DNA of 14,532 bases from Campylobacterota bacterium (GTDB lineage: Bacteria; Campylobacterota; Campylobacteria; Campylobacterales; Sulfurovaceae): contig JAYEOM010000061.1 in NCBI GenBank assembly GCA_034722955.1, forward strand, positions 1 to 14,532. The letters are read 5' to 3'. Each line of letters opens with the position of its first letter. Within the stretch, counting starts at the first letter, position 1. Below, in pieces: positions 1-7,240 of the stretch. Made by a program: the position numbers and the translations under genes. The notes below the pieces were generated by a model. It did not search any database. It saw nothing but the letters and a program-made list of their open reading frames with translations, and was not told the origin of the DNA.

Positions 1-521
1 TTACCCTCAGCAAGTGCAAACTCACCTAAAAAGTACTCAAATACATGACCTAGTACATCGGCACTTCTAGCTTTTGCATCTCCAAAGGCTATGTTTCCTA
101 TAAGGTCGATTAGACCTCCTAGAGATTTACTATCAAGATTATCTCTTGCAAATACTTTTGGTAGAACTCCTTTTAAAGAGCTATTTTCTTTCTCTATGGC
201 ATCCATAGCCTCATCAACAATCTTTCCGATATTTGGTAGTTTGGCATTTGAGAGAAGAAATGACCACCTAGCAGTAGGTGGTACAAAAAACACATTTTCT
301 GCTTTGTACTCATCTATATCTTCAGGGTCAGCACCTACATACTCACCCTCGCCAGCTTCAAGTTTGTTGTAAAGTTCTTCAAAACTATCAGAGATATATT
401 TTAAAAACACAAGCCCCATTACCACATGCTTATACTCTGCGGCATCTATATTTTTTCGTAGTTTATCTGCGGCTTTCCATAGTTGTTTTTCTATCGACTC
501 TTCTTGTTTTACTTTTACCAT
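1..521 (-). CDS. hsdM: Type I restriction-modification system M subunit (N6-adenine methyltransferase), N-terminal 173 aa; continues beyond the left edge
   Basis: Manual minus-strand translation from ATG at 521, open to the edge: MVKVKQEESIEKQLWKAADKLRKNIDAAEYKHVVMGLVFLKYISDSFEE...ENVFFVPPTARW...DVLGHVFEYFLGEFALAEG. LWKAADKLR, EYKHVVxGLxFLKYISD and GxVFEYFLGxFAxAEG are typical of the HsdM N-terminal region. GGA lies 9 nt upstream. Confidence 0.93.
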   Translation of the reverse strand, partial: MVKVKQEESIEKQLWKAADKLRKNIDAAEYKHVVMGLVFLKYISDSFEELYNKLEAGEGEYVGADPEDIDEYKAENVFFVPPTARWSFLLSNAKLPNIGKIVDEAMDAIEKENSSLKGVLPKVFARDNLDSKSLGGLIDLIGNIAFGDAKARSADVLGHVFEYFLGEFALAEG

Positions 522-552
522 ATGTGTTGTTCCAAGTATTAAAAATTATTAA

Positions 553-558
553 ATTATA
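553..558 (-). promoter_or_regulatory. Putative -10 box (TATAAT) for hsdM
   Basis: Plus-strand ATTATA at 553-558 reads TATAAT on minus, 31 nt upstream of the hsdM ATG. AT-rich context lowers specificity. Confidence 0.5.
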
Positions 559-614
559 TCTTAGCGAAGTTTAGTAATGAGAGAAGTTAAAAAGTTTAAA
601 AACACACCTACCGT

Positions 615-692
615 TCAATCTCCACTTTTGTGAATTTTGATAACCATTGAAATAGCCGACTTAGGCAAGCCAAGATAGTTAGCAATCTCAAT
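615..692 (-). pseudogene. 3' stub of a helix-turn-helix protein gene (likely a transposase C-terminal HTH)
   Basis: Minus-strand translation IEIANYLGLPKSAISMVIKIHKSGD* fits the HTH pattern EIAxxLGxxxSAIS. An in-frame TAA (693-695) precedes it, no standard start codon lies ahead of the HTH motif, and the stop falls within the left inverted repeat. Confidence 0.6.
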
Positions 693-718
693 TTAAAAAT
701 AACTTGTTTTCTATTTAC

Positions 719-727
719 ATTATATCA
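719..727 (-). promoter_or_regulatory. Extended -10 promoter TGATATAAT at the inner edge of the right inverted repeat, facing hsdM
   Basis: Plus-strand ATTATATCA at 719-727 is an exact TGnTATAAT on minus. Confidence 0.6.
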
Positions 728-807
728 TAAAAGTGGAGATTGAACTGCAGGGATGTAGTTCTCAAGTAGAGCAAAACAAAACAACTCCTACACAATAGAT
801 TTAATTA

Positions 808-816
808 TGATATAAT
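808..816 (+). promoter_or_regulatory. Extended -10 promoter for the flavoprotein gene
   Basis: TGATATAAT at 808-816, then AAGGAG at 835-840 and ATG at 848. Confidence 0.7.
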
Positions 817-847
817 AATATTATATTTATATATAAGGAGTGTTACT

Positions 848-1813
848 ATGGAAAATCTTTATAATCTTATTATTGTAGGTGGAGGACCAGGGGGTATTGC
901 CTCAGCTGTTGAGGGTTCACTTTTTGGTATGAAGAAGGTGTTGTTTATAGAAAAGGGAGAAAACCACTCTCAAACTATTCGTCAATACTACAAAGACTCT
1001 AAAAGGGTAGACAAGGATTGGCAAGGTCAAACAGTAGATATGGAGGGCAATGTAGAGTTTTTTGATGGTACAAAAGAGAGTACACTAGATTACTTTGAGA
1101 CTCTTTTAGATAGTGATTCTATTGACACCATATTTAACTGTGAAGTAGATAGAGTTACTAAAGATGGTGAGTTTTTTACTGTTGTCACTCCTCAAGGATA
1201 TTTTCAAAGTGAACATGTCGTGGTCTCCATAGGAAGAATGGGAAAACCCAATAAGCCATCTTATAAGATACCGCCATCTATTAAAAAGTTTGTAAACTAC
1301 AACCCCTATGAGTGTAGGGGACATGAAAAGATACTTGTTGTAGGTGGAGGGGACTCTGCTGTAGAGTATGCTTGTCAACTCAGTACTATAAACACCATAA
1401 CTCTATCTTACAGAAGAGATAGCTTCTCTAAAATCAATGATATAAACCAAGAGATGATAGAGCGTTATGACCAAGAAGAGAGACTGAGAGTACGGTATAG
1501 CACAAACATAGACTCACTTGAAAATGAAGAGGGTAGAGTAAAAGTAAACTATAGCACTGGCTTTTCGACTATATATGATAGAGTTATCTATGCACTTGGC
1601 GGAACAACACCTGTTGATTTTTTTAGGAAATCAAACATGGAGCTAGATGATAACGATATGCCAATTATAAATGATAAATATGAGACAACAGTGGATAGCC
1701 TCTACATAGTAGGAGATATAGTTTACAAAAGTGGTGGCTCTATAGCTATGGCAATCAACCATGCTTACACTGTATTGCAAGATATTACTGGTGAAGATGG
1801 AGGCATTGGGTAG
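848..1813 (+). CDS. fqrB: FAD/NAD(P)H-dependent oxidoreductase, thioredoxin-reductase-like without CxxC; resembles Campylobacterota FqrB (flavodoxin:quinone reductase)
   Basis: FAD motif IIVGGGPGG, NADPH motif VVGGGDSAVE...YRR, C-terminal LYIVGD; no redox CxxC; EKGENHSQTIRQYYKDSKRVDKDW segment recalls the HP1164/Cj0559 family; strong RBS. Ortholog name is less certain than the family. Confidence 0.78.
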   Translation: MENLYNLIIVGGGPGGIASAVEGSLFGMKKVLFIEKGENHSQTIRQYYKDSKRVDKDWQGQTVDMEGNVEFFDGTKESTLDYFETLLDSDSIDTIFNCEVDRVTKDGEFFTVVTPQGYFQSEHVVVSIGRMGKPNKPSYKIPPSIKKFVNYNPYECRGHEKILVVGGGDSAVEYACQLSTINTITLSYRRDSFSKINDINQEMIERYDQEERLRVRYSTNIDSLENEEGRVKVNYSTGFSTIYDRVIYALGGTTPVDFFRKSNMELDDNDMPIINDKYETTVDSLYIVGDIVYKSGGSIAMAINHAYTVLQDITGEDGGIG

Positions 1814-1843
1814 GATTTTAACTATATCTACTCCGATAGGTGC

Positions 1844-1863
1844 TCATAAGCTCCAGCTTATGA
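1844..1863. repeat. Palindrome/hairpin TCATAAGC-TCCA-GCTTATGA (REP-like or terminator component)
   Basis: Perfect 8-bp stem with 4-nt loop between convergent genes. Confidence 0.6.
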
Positions 1864-1871
1864 ACGAGTAG

Positions 1872-1899
1872 GTGGGGTGTAAAAATATTTACACCCTAC
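1872..1899. terminator. Hairpin between convergent fqrB-like and ppa genes; possible bidirectional terminator or GTAG-type REP
   Basis: GGGTGTAAA (1875-1883) / AATA / TTTACACCC (1888-1896) perfect 9-bp stem, extendable to 1872/1899 with one G-U. Minus strand reads GTAGGGTGTAAATATTTTTACACCCCAC. No strong U-tract. Confidence 0.55.
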
Positions 1900-1917
1900 T
1901 ATTCACACTTTATATGG

Positions 1918-2439
1918 TTATGCTTTGTAGTTTTTGATAGCCTTATCTAGTATAGCTGTTGCGGCTGCTTTGTCTTGGAAGCCAGATACTTTGACCCATT
2001 TATTTGGTTCAAGCATTTTGTAAGTCTCAAAGAAGTTCTTGATACGGTTGAGTGTATGTTCGGGTATATCATTGAGATCTTTGATATCTTTATATGTTGG
2101 ATCGATCTTCTCTGTAGGTACTGCGAGCAGTTTTTCATCTCCACCACTCTCATCCTCTGTCATCAACACACCGACCAAACGACACTTGATAACCGAAGCC
2201 GAAGGAAGTACATAATCACAAAGTACTAGTATATCTGCAGGGTCACCATCATCAGAGAGTGTATCTGCTACGAAACCGTAGTTTGCTGGGTAGCATACAG
2301 CAGAGTATAGTACTCTATCGACCTCTACTGCACCAGAGTCTTTGTCAATTTCAAATTTAATACTTGAGTTGAGTGGTACCTCAATGATCGCTTTGATTGC
2401 ATCAGGGTTTTCACCATAACCGATTTTAGTAATATCCAT
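1918..2439 (-). CDS. ppa: Inorganic pyrophosphatase (family I)
   Basis: YPANYGF, DGDPADILV, DESGGDEKLLAVP, FFETYKMLE motifs; GGAG RBS at 2447-2450 (minus). Confidence 0.97.
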   Translation of the reverse strand: MDITKIGYGENPDAIKAIIEVPLNSSIKFEIDKDSGAVEVDRVLYSAVCYPANYGFVADTLSDDGDPADILVLCDYVLPSASVIKCRLVGVLMTEDESGGDEKLLAVPTEKIDPTYKDIKDLNDIPEHTLNRIKNFFETYKMLEPNKWVKVSGFQDKAAATAILDKAIKNYKA

Positions 2440-2469
2440 CTATGTTCTCCATAAAGTAAGGTTTTGTGA

Positions 2470-2478
2470 ATAATAACA
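2470..2478 (-). promoter_or_regulatory. Putative extended -10 (TGTTATTAT) for ppa
   Basis: Plus-strand ATAATAACA at 2470-2478, 30 nt upstream of the ATG; one mismatch to TGnTATAAT. Confidence 0.5.
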
Positions 2479-2580
2479 TAATATTAATAATAGTCTCAAT
2501 AGAGTTTACTATATTTGTGAAAGAACTATTTTAAATTAAGAAAAATTACTATATTATATGAGATCAATATAGGAGCTAGA

Positions 2581-3681
2581 ATGAAAAGTACTCTTTTTAT
2601 ACTACTGTTCTCTATCTCATCTTGGGCAATGCCTCTCGTAGATAAATATCCTAGTTATAGTTATGTCTTTAGTGAGTTTGATGTAGACAATAGCTATATA
2701 TATGATGATTCATTTAGTCAATTTCTTAAAACAAATCACAATATTTATGAGAGATTTTATAAAAACTCACTCAAGAGAGGCGGATATCTGATCCCTACCT
2801 TTAAAAGCATGCTGATACAGGATGGTCTCTCTGATCTCTTTGTATATATGTCTATGATAGAGTCGGGTTTCAATAGAGAGAGTGTATCTAGCAAAAATGC
2901 CGTAGGGATTTGGCAATTTATGGAGGCTACAGCAAAACAGTACAATCTAAATGTAAACTCTGATTTTGATGAGCGTCTTGATCCTATCTTGGCAACTAGT
3001 GCGGCGATGAACTATATGCATAAACTATACAGAGATTTTGGCAAATGGTATCTTGTAGCGATGGCATACAACTGTGGCGAGGGGAGACTGAAGAGAGGTA
3101 TCCAAAAAGCTGGAACTGATGATATCTCTATCTTGATGCAGGATGGTGCAGGCTATATCCCCAAAGAGACACGCAACTACATCAAAAAGATACTACTAGT
3201 TGCGATGATCGGAGAAAATGTATCACTAGGACTAGAGGATATGGGGGATGCAGTGATACAGCTCTATGGCAAAGATGTAGTGCAGGTAGAGATAGATCCC
3301 GGTGAGAGTCTTGAGCATATCGCCAAGATGATCAATATGAAACCAAAAGATCTACTCAAACTAAATCACCACTTCAAAGATGGTATCGTACCTGTGAAAC
3401 TACCCTCCTACAAGATGAATATACCCAATATGAAGGTTGTTGACTTTTATGCGATATACACACTCCAAAAGGAGCTTCAGAGATACTCAAAAACTCACTA
3501 CCTCTCTCATGTCGTCAAACAGAAAGAGAACTTGAGGGAGATCGCATACAGATACCGTACCTCGGTAAGTGAAATAGCTATATTTAATCCCAAAATAAAA
3601 GATGATATATATAGTGGTCAAGTCTTGGTGATACCGGTGACAAAAAAAGTATTTAACCAATTTTCAAACTGGAATGGCTGA
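2581..3681 (+). CDS. mltD: Lytic murein transglycosylase, SLT domain plus two LysM-like domains (MltD/DniR-like)
   Basis: Signal peptide; SLT motifs MIESGFN, AVGIWQFM, AYNCGEG, PKETRNYIKKI; LysM-like GESLEHIAKMINM and HVVKQKENLREIAYRY...GQVLVIP; AGGAG RBS; upstream of rlpA. Confidence 0.88.
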   Translation: MKSTLFILLFSISSWAMPLVDKYPSYSYVFSEFDVDNSYIYDDSFSQFLKTNHNIYERFYKNSLKRGGYLIPTFKSMLIQDGLSDLFVYMSMIESGFNRESVSSKNAVGIWQFMEATAKQYNLNVNSDFDERLDPILATSAAMNYMHKLYRDFGKWYLVAMAYNCGEGRLKRGIQKAGTDDISILMQDGAGYIPKETRNYIKKILLVAMIGENVSLGLEDMGDAVIQLYGKDVVQVEIDPGESLEHIAKMINMKPKDLLKLNHHFKDGIVPVKLPSYKMNIPNMKVVDFYAIYTLQKELQRYSKTHYLSHVVKQKENLREIAYRYRTSVSEIAIFNPKIKDDIYSGQVLVIPVTKKVFNQFSNWNG

Positions 3682-3760
3682 CAGAAGCCTTATAATCTTT
3701 ATGAAAGATAAATATGGAGATAATTTGCTTCTAAATTAGTACGATAGAGGATCAAGTACC

Positions 3761-4513
3761 ATGCAAATAACCACCAATAGGGCAATACTCTCTCTGATCA
3801 TATCTCTTCTGATACTGAATTTTACCGGATGTGCCTCCAAAAAATATAAAAATGGAACACCGGCAACCCAAAAAAGCTATAAAATAAAAGGAAAGCGTTA
3901 TCATCCGACCTATGTCAGGCTCGGTCAAAAGATGAGGGGAGTCTCTAGTTGGTATGGTCCAAACTTTCATGGAAAGCAGACTAGCAGTGGAGAGAGGTAC
4001 AATATGCATGCACGAACAGCAGCACATAAAACCTGGCCGATGAATACTATGGTCAAAGTATCCAATCTCCAAAATGGCAAAAGCACAATAGTTCGCATCA
4101 ACGATAGAGGTCCTTTTGTCAGAGGACGCATTATAGACTGTAGCTATAGGGCAGGTAAAGAGATCGGTTTGGATCGTATGGGGATCGCCAAAGTACAGAT
4201 AAAGGTACTTGGATTTGCCGGAAAGATTCAAACCCTTACCACAGTAAAAAGATTGCCAAAATCCAAACAGCGGATCAGACTTACCAATTTTGGTATCCAA
4301 GTCGGTGCGTTCAGACGACTTGAGGGTGCGAAGATATACAAGAGGAGTCATGCCAGTCTGGATAGTAGATACAGATCTGTCATCAAGAAGATGCATGATG
4401 AAGAGGGAACACCACTCTATCGTGTATGGCTAATGGGCTTTGCTTCTGAAGAGGAGGCGATGGATTTTAGAGATCAGCATGGGCTTGCTGGGGCATTTAT
4501 AGTAAGAAATTAA
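3761..4513 (+). CDS. rlpA: Septal ring lytic transglycosylase RlpA family lipoprotein with C-terminal SPOR domain
   Basis: Lipobox FTGC; DPBB motifs SWYGPNFHGKQTSSGE, TAAHKTWP, VRINDRGPF; SPOR-like IQVGAF...YRVWLMGFASEEEA. Confidence 0.95.
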   Translation: MQITTNRAILSLIISLLILNFTGCASKKYKNGTPATQKSYKIKGKRYHPTYVRLGQKMRGVSSWYGPNFHGKQTSSGERYNMHARTAAHKTWPMNTMVKVSNLQNGKSTIVRINDRGPFVRGRIIDCSYRAGKEIGLDRMGIAKVQIKVLGFAGKIQTLTTVKRLPKSKQRIRLTNFGIQVGAFRRLEGAKIYKRSHASLDSRYRSVIKKMHDEEGTPLYRVWLMGFASEEEAMDFRDQHGLAGAFIVRN

Positions 4514-4525
4514 TGGAGAGTGATT

Positions 4526-5098
4526 ATGGTAGAAGTGATGAGAGAGACGAAAGAGACACAGATCAATGTAAAGCTAAATCTCTATGGAAAAGGCAATGCA
4601 AAGATAGATACTGGGGTAGGATTTTTTGATCATATGCTAGAGGCATTTACCAAGCATGCCCATATCGACTTGGAGGTAAACTGTAGAGGAGATATACATA
4701 TCGATGATCATCATACAGTAGAGGATGTCGGTATAGTGATCGGGCAGGCACTCAAACAGGCGATCTACCCAGTCCGCGAGATAGAGAGGTTTGGAAATGC
4801 AACTGTAGTGATGGATGAAGCTGCTGTGAGCTGTGATATGGACCTCTCAAATAGAGCTTTTTTACTCTTTGAACTACCTGTAGACGGGAAAGTCGGTCTA
4901 TTTGATGTAGAGCTAGTGGAGGAGTTTTTCAGAGCATTGGCTTTTAATGCACCTATGACACTGCACCTCATATACCAAAGAGGAAAAAATAGACACCATA
5001 TCATAGAGGCTGCATTCAAAACATTGGCAGTCTCCCTTCGTCGTGCTGTAGCACCCAATAAAAATGCGGGTGTACCAAGCACCAAAGGTGTACTATGA
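4526..5098 (+). CDS. hisB: Imidazoleglycerol-phosphate dehydratase (monofunctional)
   Basis: RETKETQI, TGVGFFDHML, DDHHTVEDVGI, HHIIEAAFK, PSTKGVL. ATG 4526 preferred to GTG 4520 because GGAG (4515-4518) is 7 nt upstream. Confidence 0.96.
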   Translation: MVEVMRETKETQINVKLNLYGKGNAKIDTGVGFFDHMLEAFTKHAHIDLEVNCRGDIHIDDHHTVEDVGIVIGQALKQAIYPVREIERFGNATVVMDEAAVSCDMDLSNRAFLLFELPVDGKVGLFDVELVEEFFRALAFNAPMTLHLIYQRGKNRHHIIEAAFKTLAVSLRRAVAPNKNAGVPSTKGVL

Positions 5099-5595
5099 GT
5101 ATCGAATTGATAGTTCTGGATGTTGATGGTACGATGACCAATAGTGACATCACATACAGTGAAAATGGTGATGAGATCAAATCTTTCAGTGTCAAAGATG
5201 GTCTTGCTATTGTTTCATGGAAGAGGCTAGGGAAAAAAGTAGCTATTATAACGGGCAGAAGCTCCCGTATCGTAGAGAGACGAGCCAAGGAGTTGCATAT
5301 AGAGCATTTTTATCAAGGTTGTGATGATAAGCTTGCACAGCTCAATAAGTTGATGGAGAGACTCGATATCTCTATAGAAAATGTAGCTGCCATAGGTGAT
5401 GATCTCAATGACTACAACATGCTCAAAGCAGCAGGTATATCTTTTGTACCGAGTGATGCTAGTAATTATGTAGAGAGGATCGCTACTGTGATACTGACTC
5501 GCAAAGGCGGAGATGGTGCGGTACGAGAGATGATCGAATATCTGATCAAGAGAGAGGGACTTGAAGAGAAGTACCTAAAGCTATGGCTAGCATAG
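5095..5595 (+). CDS. kdsC: KDO 8-phosphate phosphatase (KdsC/YrbI HAD family)
   Basis: LDVDGTMT, FSVKDG, IITGR, IGDDLND, GGDGAVRE motifs; upstream of lptC-lptA; ATGA overlap with hisB. Confidence 0.93.
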   Translation: MSIELIVLDVDGTMTNSDITYSENGDEIKSFSVKDGLAIVSWKRLGKKVAIITGRSSRIVERRAKELHIEHFYQGCDDKLAQLNKLMERLDISIENVAAIGDDLNDYNMLKAAGISFVPSDASNYVERIATVILTRKGGDGAVREMIEYLIKREGLEEKYLKLWLA

Positions 5596-6117
5596 ATGAC
5601 TAAACATATCAGGATAGAGTGGTTAGCTATCGGAATGATACTTCTGATGCTGGCTGTCTCCTACCTTATCAAAGCAAAAAATGAAAAAGCAAAACAAAAT
5701 ATATCTACTAAAGAGGTTGAAGTATTTAATTCTATAACTATAGAGGTCAATACAACTGCTGTAGTTAGCAGACTCTATACCGACTATAGTGTCAAAGAGA
5801 ATGGTCAACTCATCTTGACCAATCTCGACTACACTGGAAAGCGTGCAAAAGAACTGAAGTCTAGATATGGTCGCAATAGAGGTGATCTGTTTTATCTTGA
5901 TGAGAATGTAACACTGCTGCAGAAGAGCGGATATAGCTACAAGGCCGAACATGCTATATATGATAAAGAGAAAGATCTCTTTTATATAACGAGTCCTTTT
6001 GTAGCCTATATCAATAAAAATATCATAAAAGGAGTCAATCTCAAATATGATATCAAAGAGGAAATTGCAACCGCAGAGAGAGTTGATGCAGTTTTTTATA
6101 CCGGTAAGGATAGATAG
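5596..6117 (+). CDS. lptC: LPS export protein LptC-like
   Basis: Single N-terminal TM helix then beta-rich periplasmic region; position between kdsC and lptA. Call rests mostly on architecture and synteny. Confidence 0.7.
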   Translation: MTKHIRIEWLAIGMILLMLAVSYLIKAKNEKAKQNISTKEVEVFNSITIEVNTTAVVSRLYTDYSVKENGQLILTNLDYTGKRAKELKSRYGRNRGDLFYLDENVTLLQKSGYSYKAEHAIYDKEKDLFYITSPFVAYINKNIIKGVNLKYDIKEEIATAERVDAVFYTGKDR

Positions 6118-6140
6118 TAGTACTCCCCTTATGATTGAAA

Positions 6141-6149
6141 TGTTATAAT
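6141..6149 (+). promoter_or_regulatory. Internal extended -10 promoter upstream of lptA
   Basis: TGTTATAAT exact TGnTATAAT match, followed by AGGTG (6162-6166) and ATG 6174. Confidence 0.65.
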
Positions 6150-6173
6150 ATCCAAAAAAATAGGTGCATCACT

Positions 6174-6629
6174 ATGAAAAACATACTCATTACCCTTCTT
6201 ATTCCATTTTTGCTCTATGGCGAAAAAGTTGAAGTGACTTCCAAAAACTTCTATGCCAAAGACTCTGAGAAACAGGCACATTTTATTGATGATGTTTTGG
6301 TCAAACAGGAGAAAAGCTGGATACACAGTGATGAACTCATCGTCTATTTTGATGATAACAATGAGACTATTCAGTATGATGCGATAGGTAAAGCAACTTT
6401 TGAAATCTTCAGAGACGAGAGTCACTATAAAGGAAAAGCACACAAAGTAACCTTCTACCCTAAAACATCAGAGTATCTTTTTGCTGGTAATGCCATCATA
6501 AATGATATCATAAAAGATCGTCATATCAAAGGAAATATCATTGAGATCAATACTATAACAGGAGAGGCTAGCGTCAAAGGGGATAACAAAAAGCCTATCA
6601 AATTTACATTTGATACAGAGAAGAAGTGA
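6174..6629 (+). CDS. lptA: LPS transport periplasmic protein LptA (OstA-like)
   Basis: Signal peptide MKNILITLLIPFLLYG then EKVEVTSKNFYA, YDAIGKA, FAGNAII, KPIKFTF; start moved from TTG 6135 to ATG 6174 on RBS, promoter and signal-peptide grounds. Confidence 0.85.
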   Translation: MKNILITLLIPFLLYGEKVEVTSKNFYAKDSEKQAHFIDDVLVKQEKSWIHSDELIVYFDDNNETIQYDAIGKATFEIFRDESHYKGKAHKVTFYPKTSEYLFAGNAIINDIIKDRHIKGNIIEINTITGEASVKGDNKKPIKFTFDTEKK

Positions 6630-7240
6630 TGAGTAGACTTCGGGCAGTTGATGCCAACTTTATCAAATCTGCACAGAGTATCCACGACTCTCTTGATGAC
6701 ACTACGAGCGAGATAGTCTTCCTAGGACGCTCCAATGTTGGTAAAAGTTCAAGTATCAATACCCTAACTTCGAGAAAAAACTTAGCAAAAAGTTCATCAA
6801 CACCGGGAAAAACACAGTTGATCAATTTTTTTGAAGTTCGGTACCGATGGGCAGAGGAGGATTACAGAGTTAGATATGTCGATCTTCCCGGATTTGGATA
6901 TGCAAAAGTTTCCAAAACACTCAAGGAGGTGTGGCAGAAAAATCTTGTAGAGTTCATCAAAAACCGTCTCTCCATCAGGCTCTATATCCATCTGCGTGAT
7001 GCGAGACATCCTCATGCACAGATAGATAAAGATGTCGTACAGTATATCTCAGAGTTTATCAGACCTGATCAGAAATATTTAACTGTCTTTACCAAGATAG
7101 ACAAGCTAAATCAAAAAGAGCGTGCAAAACTCAAACGAGATTTTCCAAATGCTATCACCTTGTCCAACTTTAAAAAGAGTGGTCAAGAGAGAGTGCATCG
7201 AGAGATATTTGAGAGTGTATTTGGAGAGAGAGAGTGGTAG
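6629..7240 (+). CDS. engB: Ribosome biogenesis GTPase YihA/YsxC (EngB)
   Basis: G1 GRSNVGKSS, STPGKTQLINFF, G3 DLPGFG, G4 TKID; TGATG overlap with the lptA stop (GTG 6626 is an alternative start). Confidence 0.96.
   Translation: MSRLRAVDANFIKSAQSIHDSLDDTTSEIVFLGRSNVGKSSSINTLTSRKNLAKSSSTPGKTQLINFFEVRYRWAEEDYRVRYVDLPGFGYAKVSKTLKEVWQKNLVEFIKNRLSIRLYIHLRDARHPHAQIDKDVVQYISEFIRPDQKYLTVFTKIDKLNQKERAKLKRDFPNAITLSNFKKSGQERVHREIFESVFGEREW

Larger units (their letters stand above)
613..745. mobile_element. Miniature element bounded by 21-bp inverted repeats (probable internally deleted transposon/MITE-like remnant)
   Basis: 613-633 GTTCAATCTCCACTTTTGTGA and 725-745 TCATAAAAGTGGAGATTGAAC are reverse complements with one mismatch; weaker pairing extends to 607/751. 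The interior holds an HTH-coding stub and a promoter. Confidence 0.6.

Noticed and set aside
91..574. Plus-strand ORFs 91-372 and 278-574
   Set aside because: Antisense shadows of hsdM with no recognisable motifs.
754..774. TGTAGTTCT...AGAGCAA resembles the minus strand of 14492-14507, and CTACACAAT occurs at both 788-796 and 14484-14492
   Set aside because: Needs a 5-nt gap and mixed orientations; too short to distinguish from chance.
3752..4396. 214-aa minus-strand ORF
   Set aside because: Antisense to the well-supported rlpA; no family features.
6135..6173. ORF-track N-terminal extension of LptA from TTG 6135
   Set aside because: Overlaps the promoter and precedes a better ATG with RBS and signal peptide.
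7224..7234. (GA)5G tract at the engB/GNAT junction as a phase-variation repeat
   Set aside because: Too short and explained by coding plus RBS sequence.
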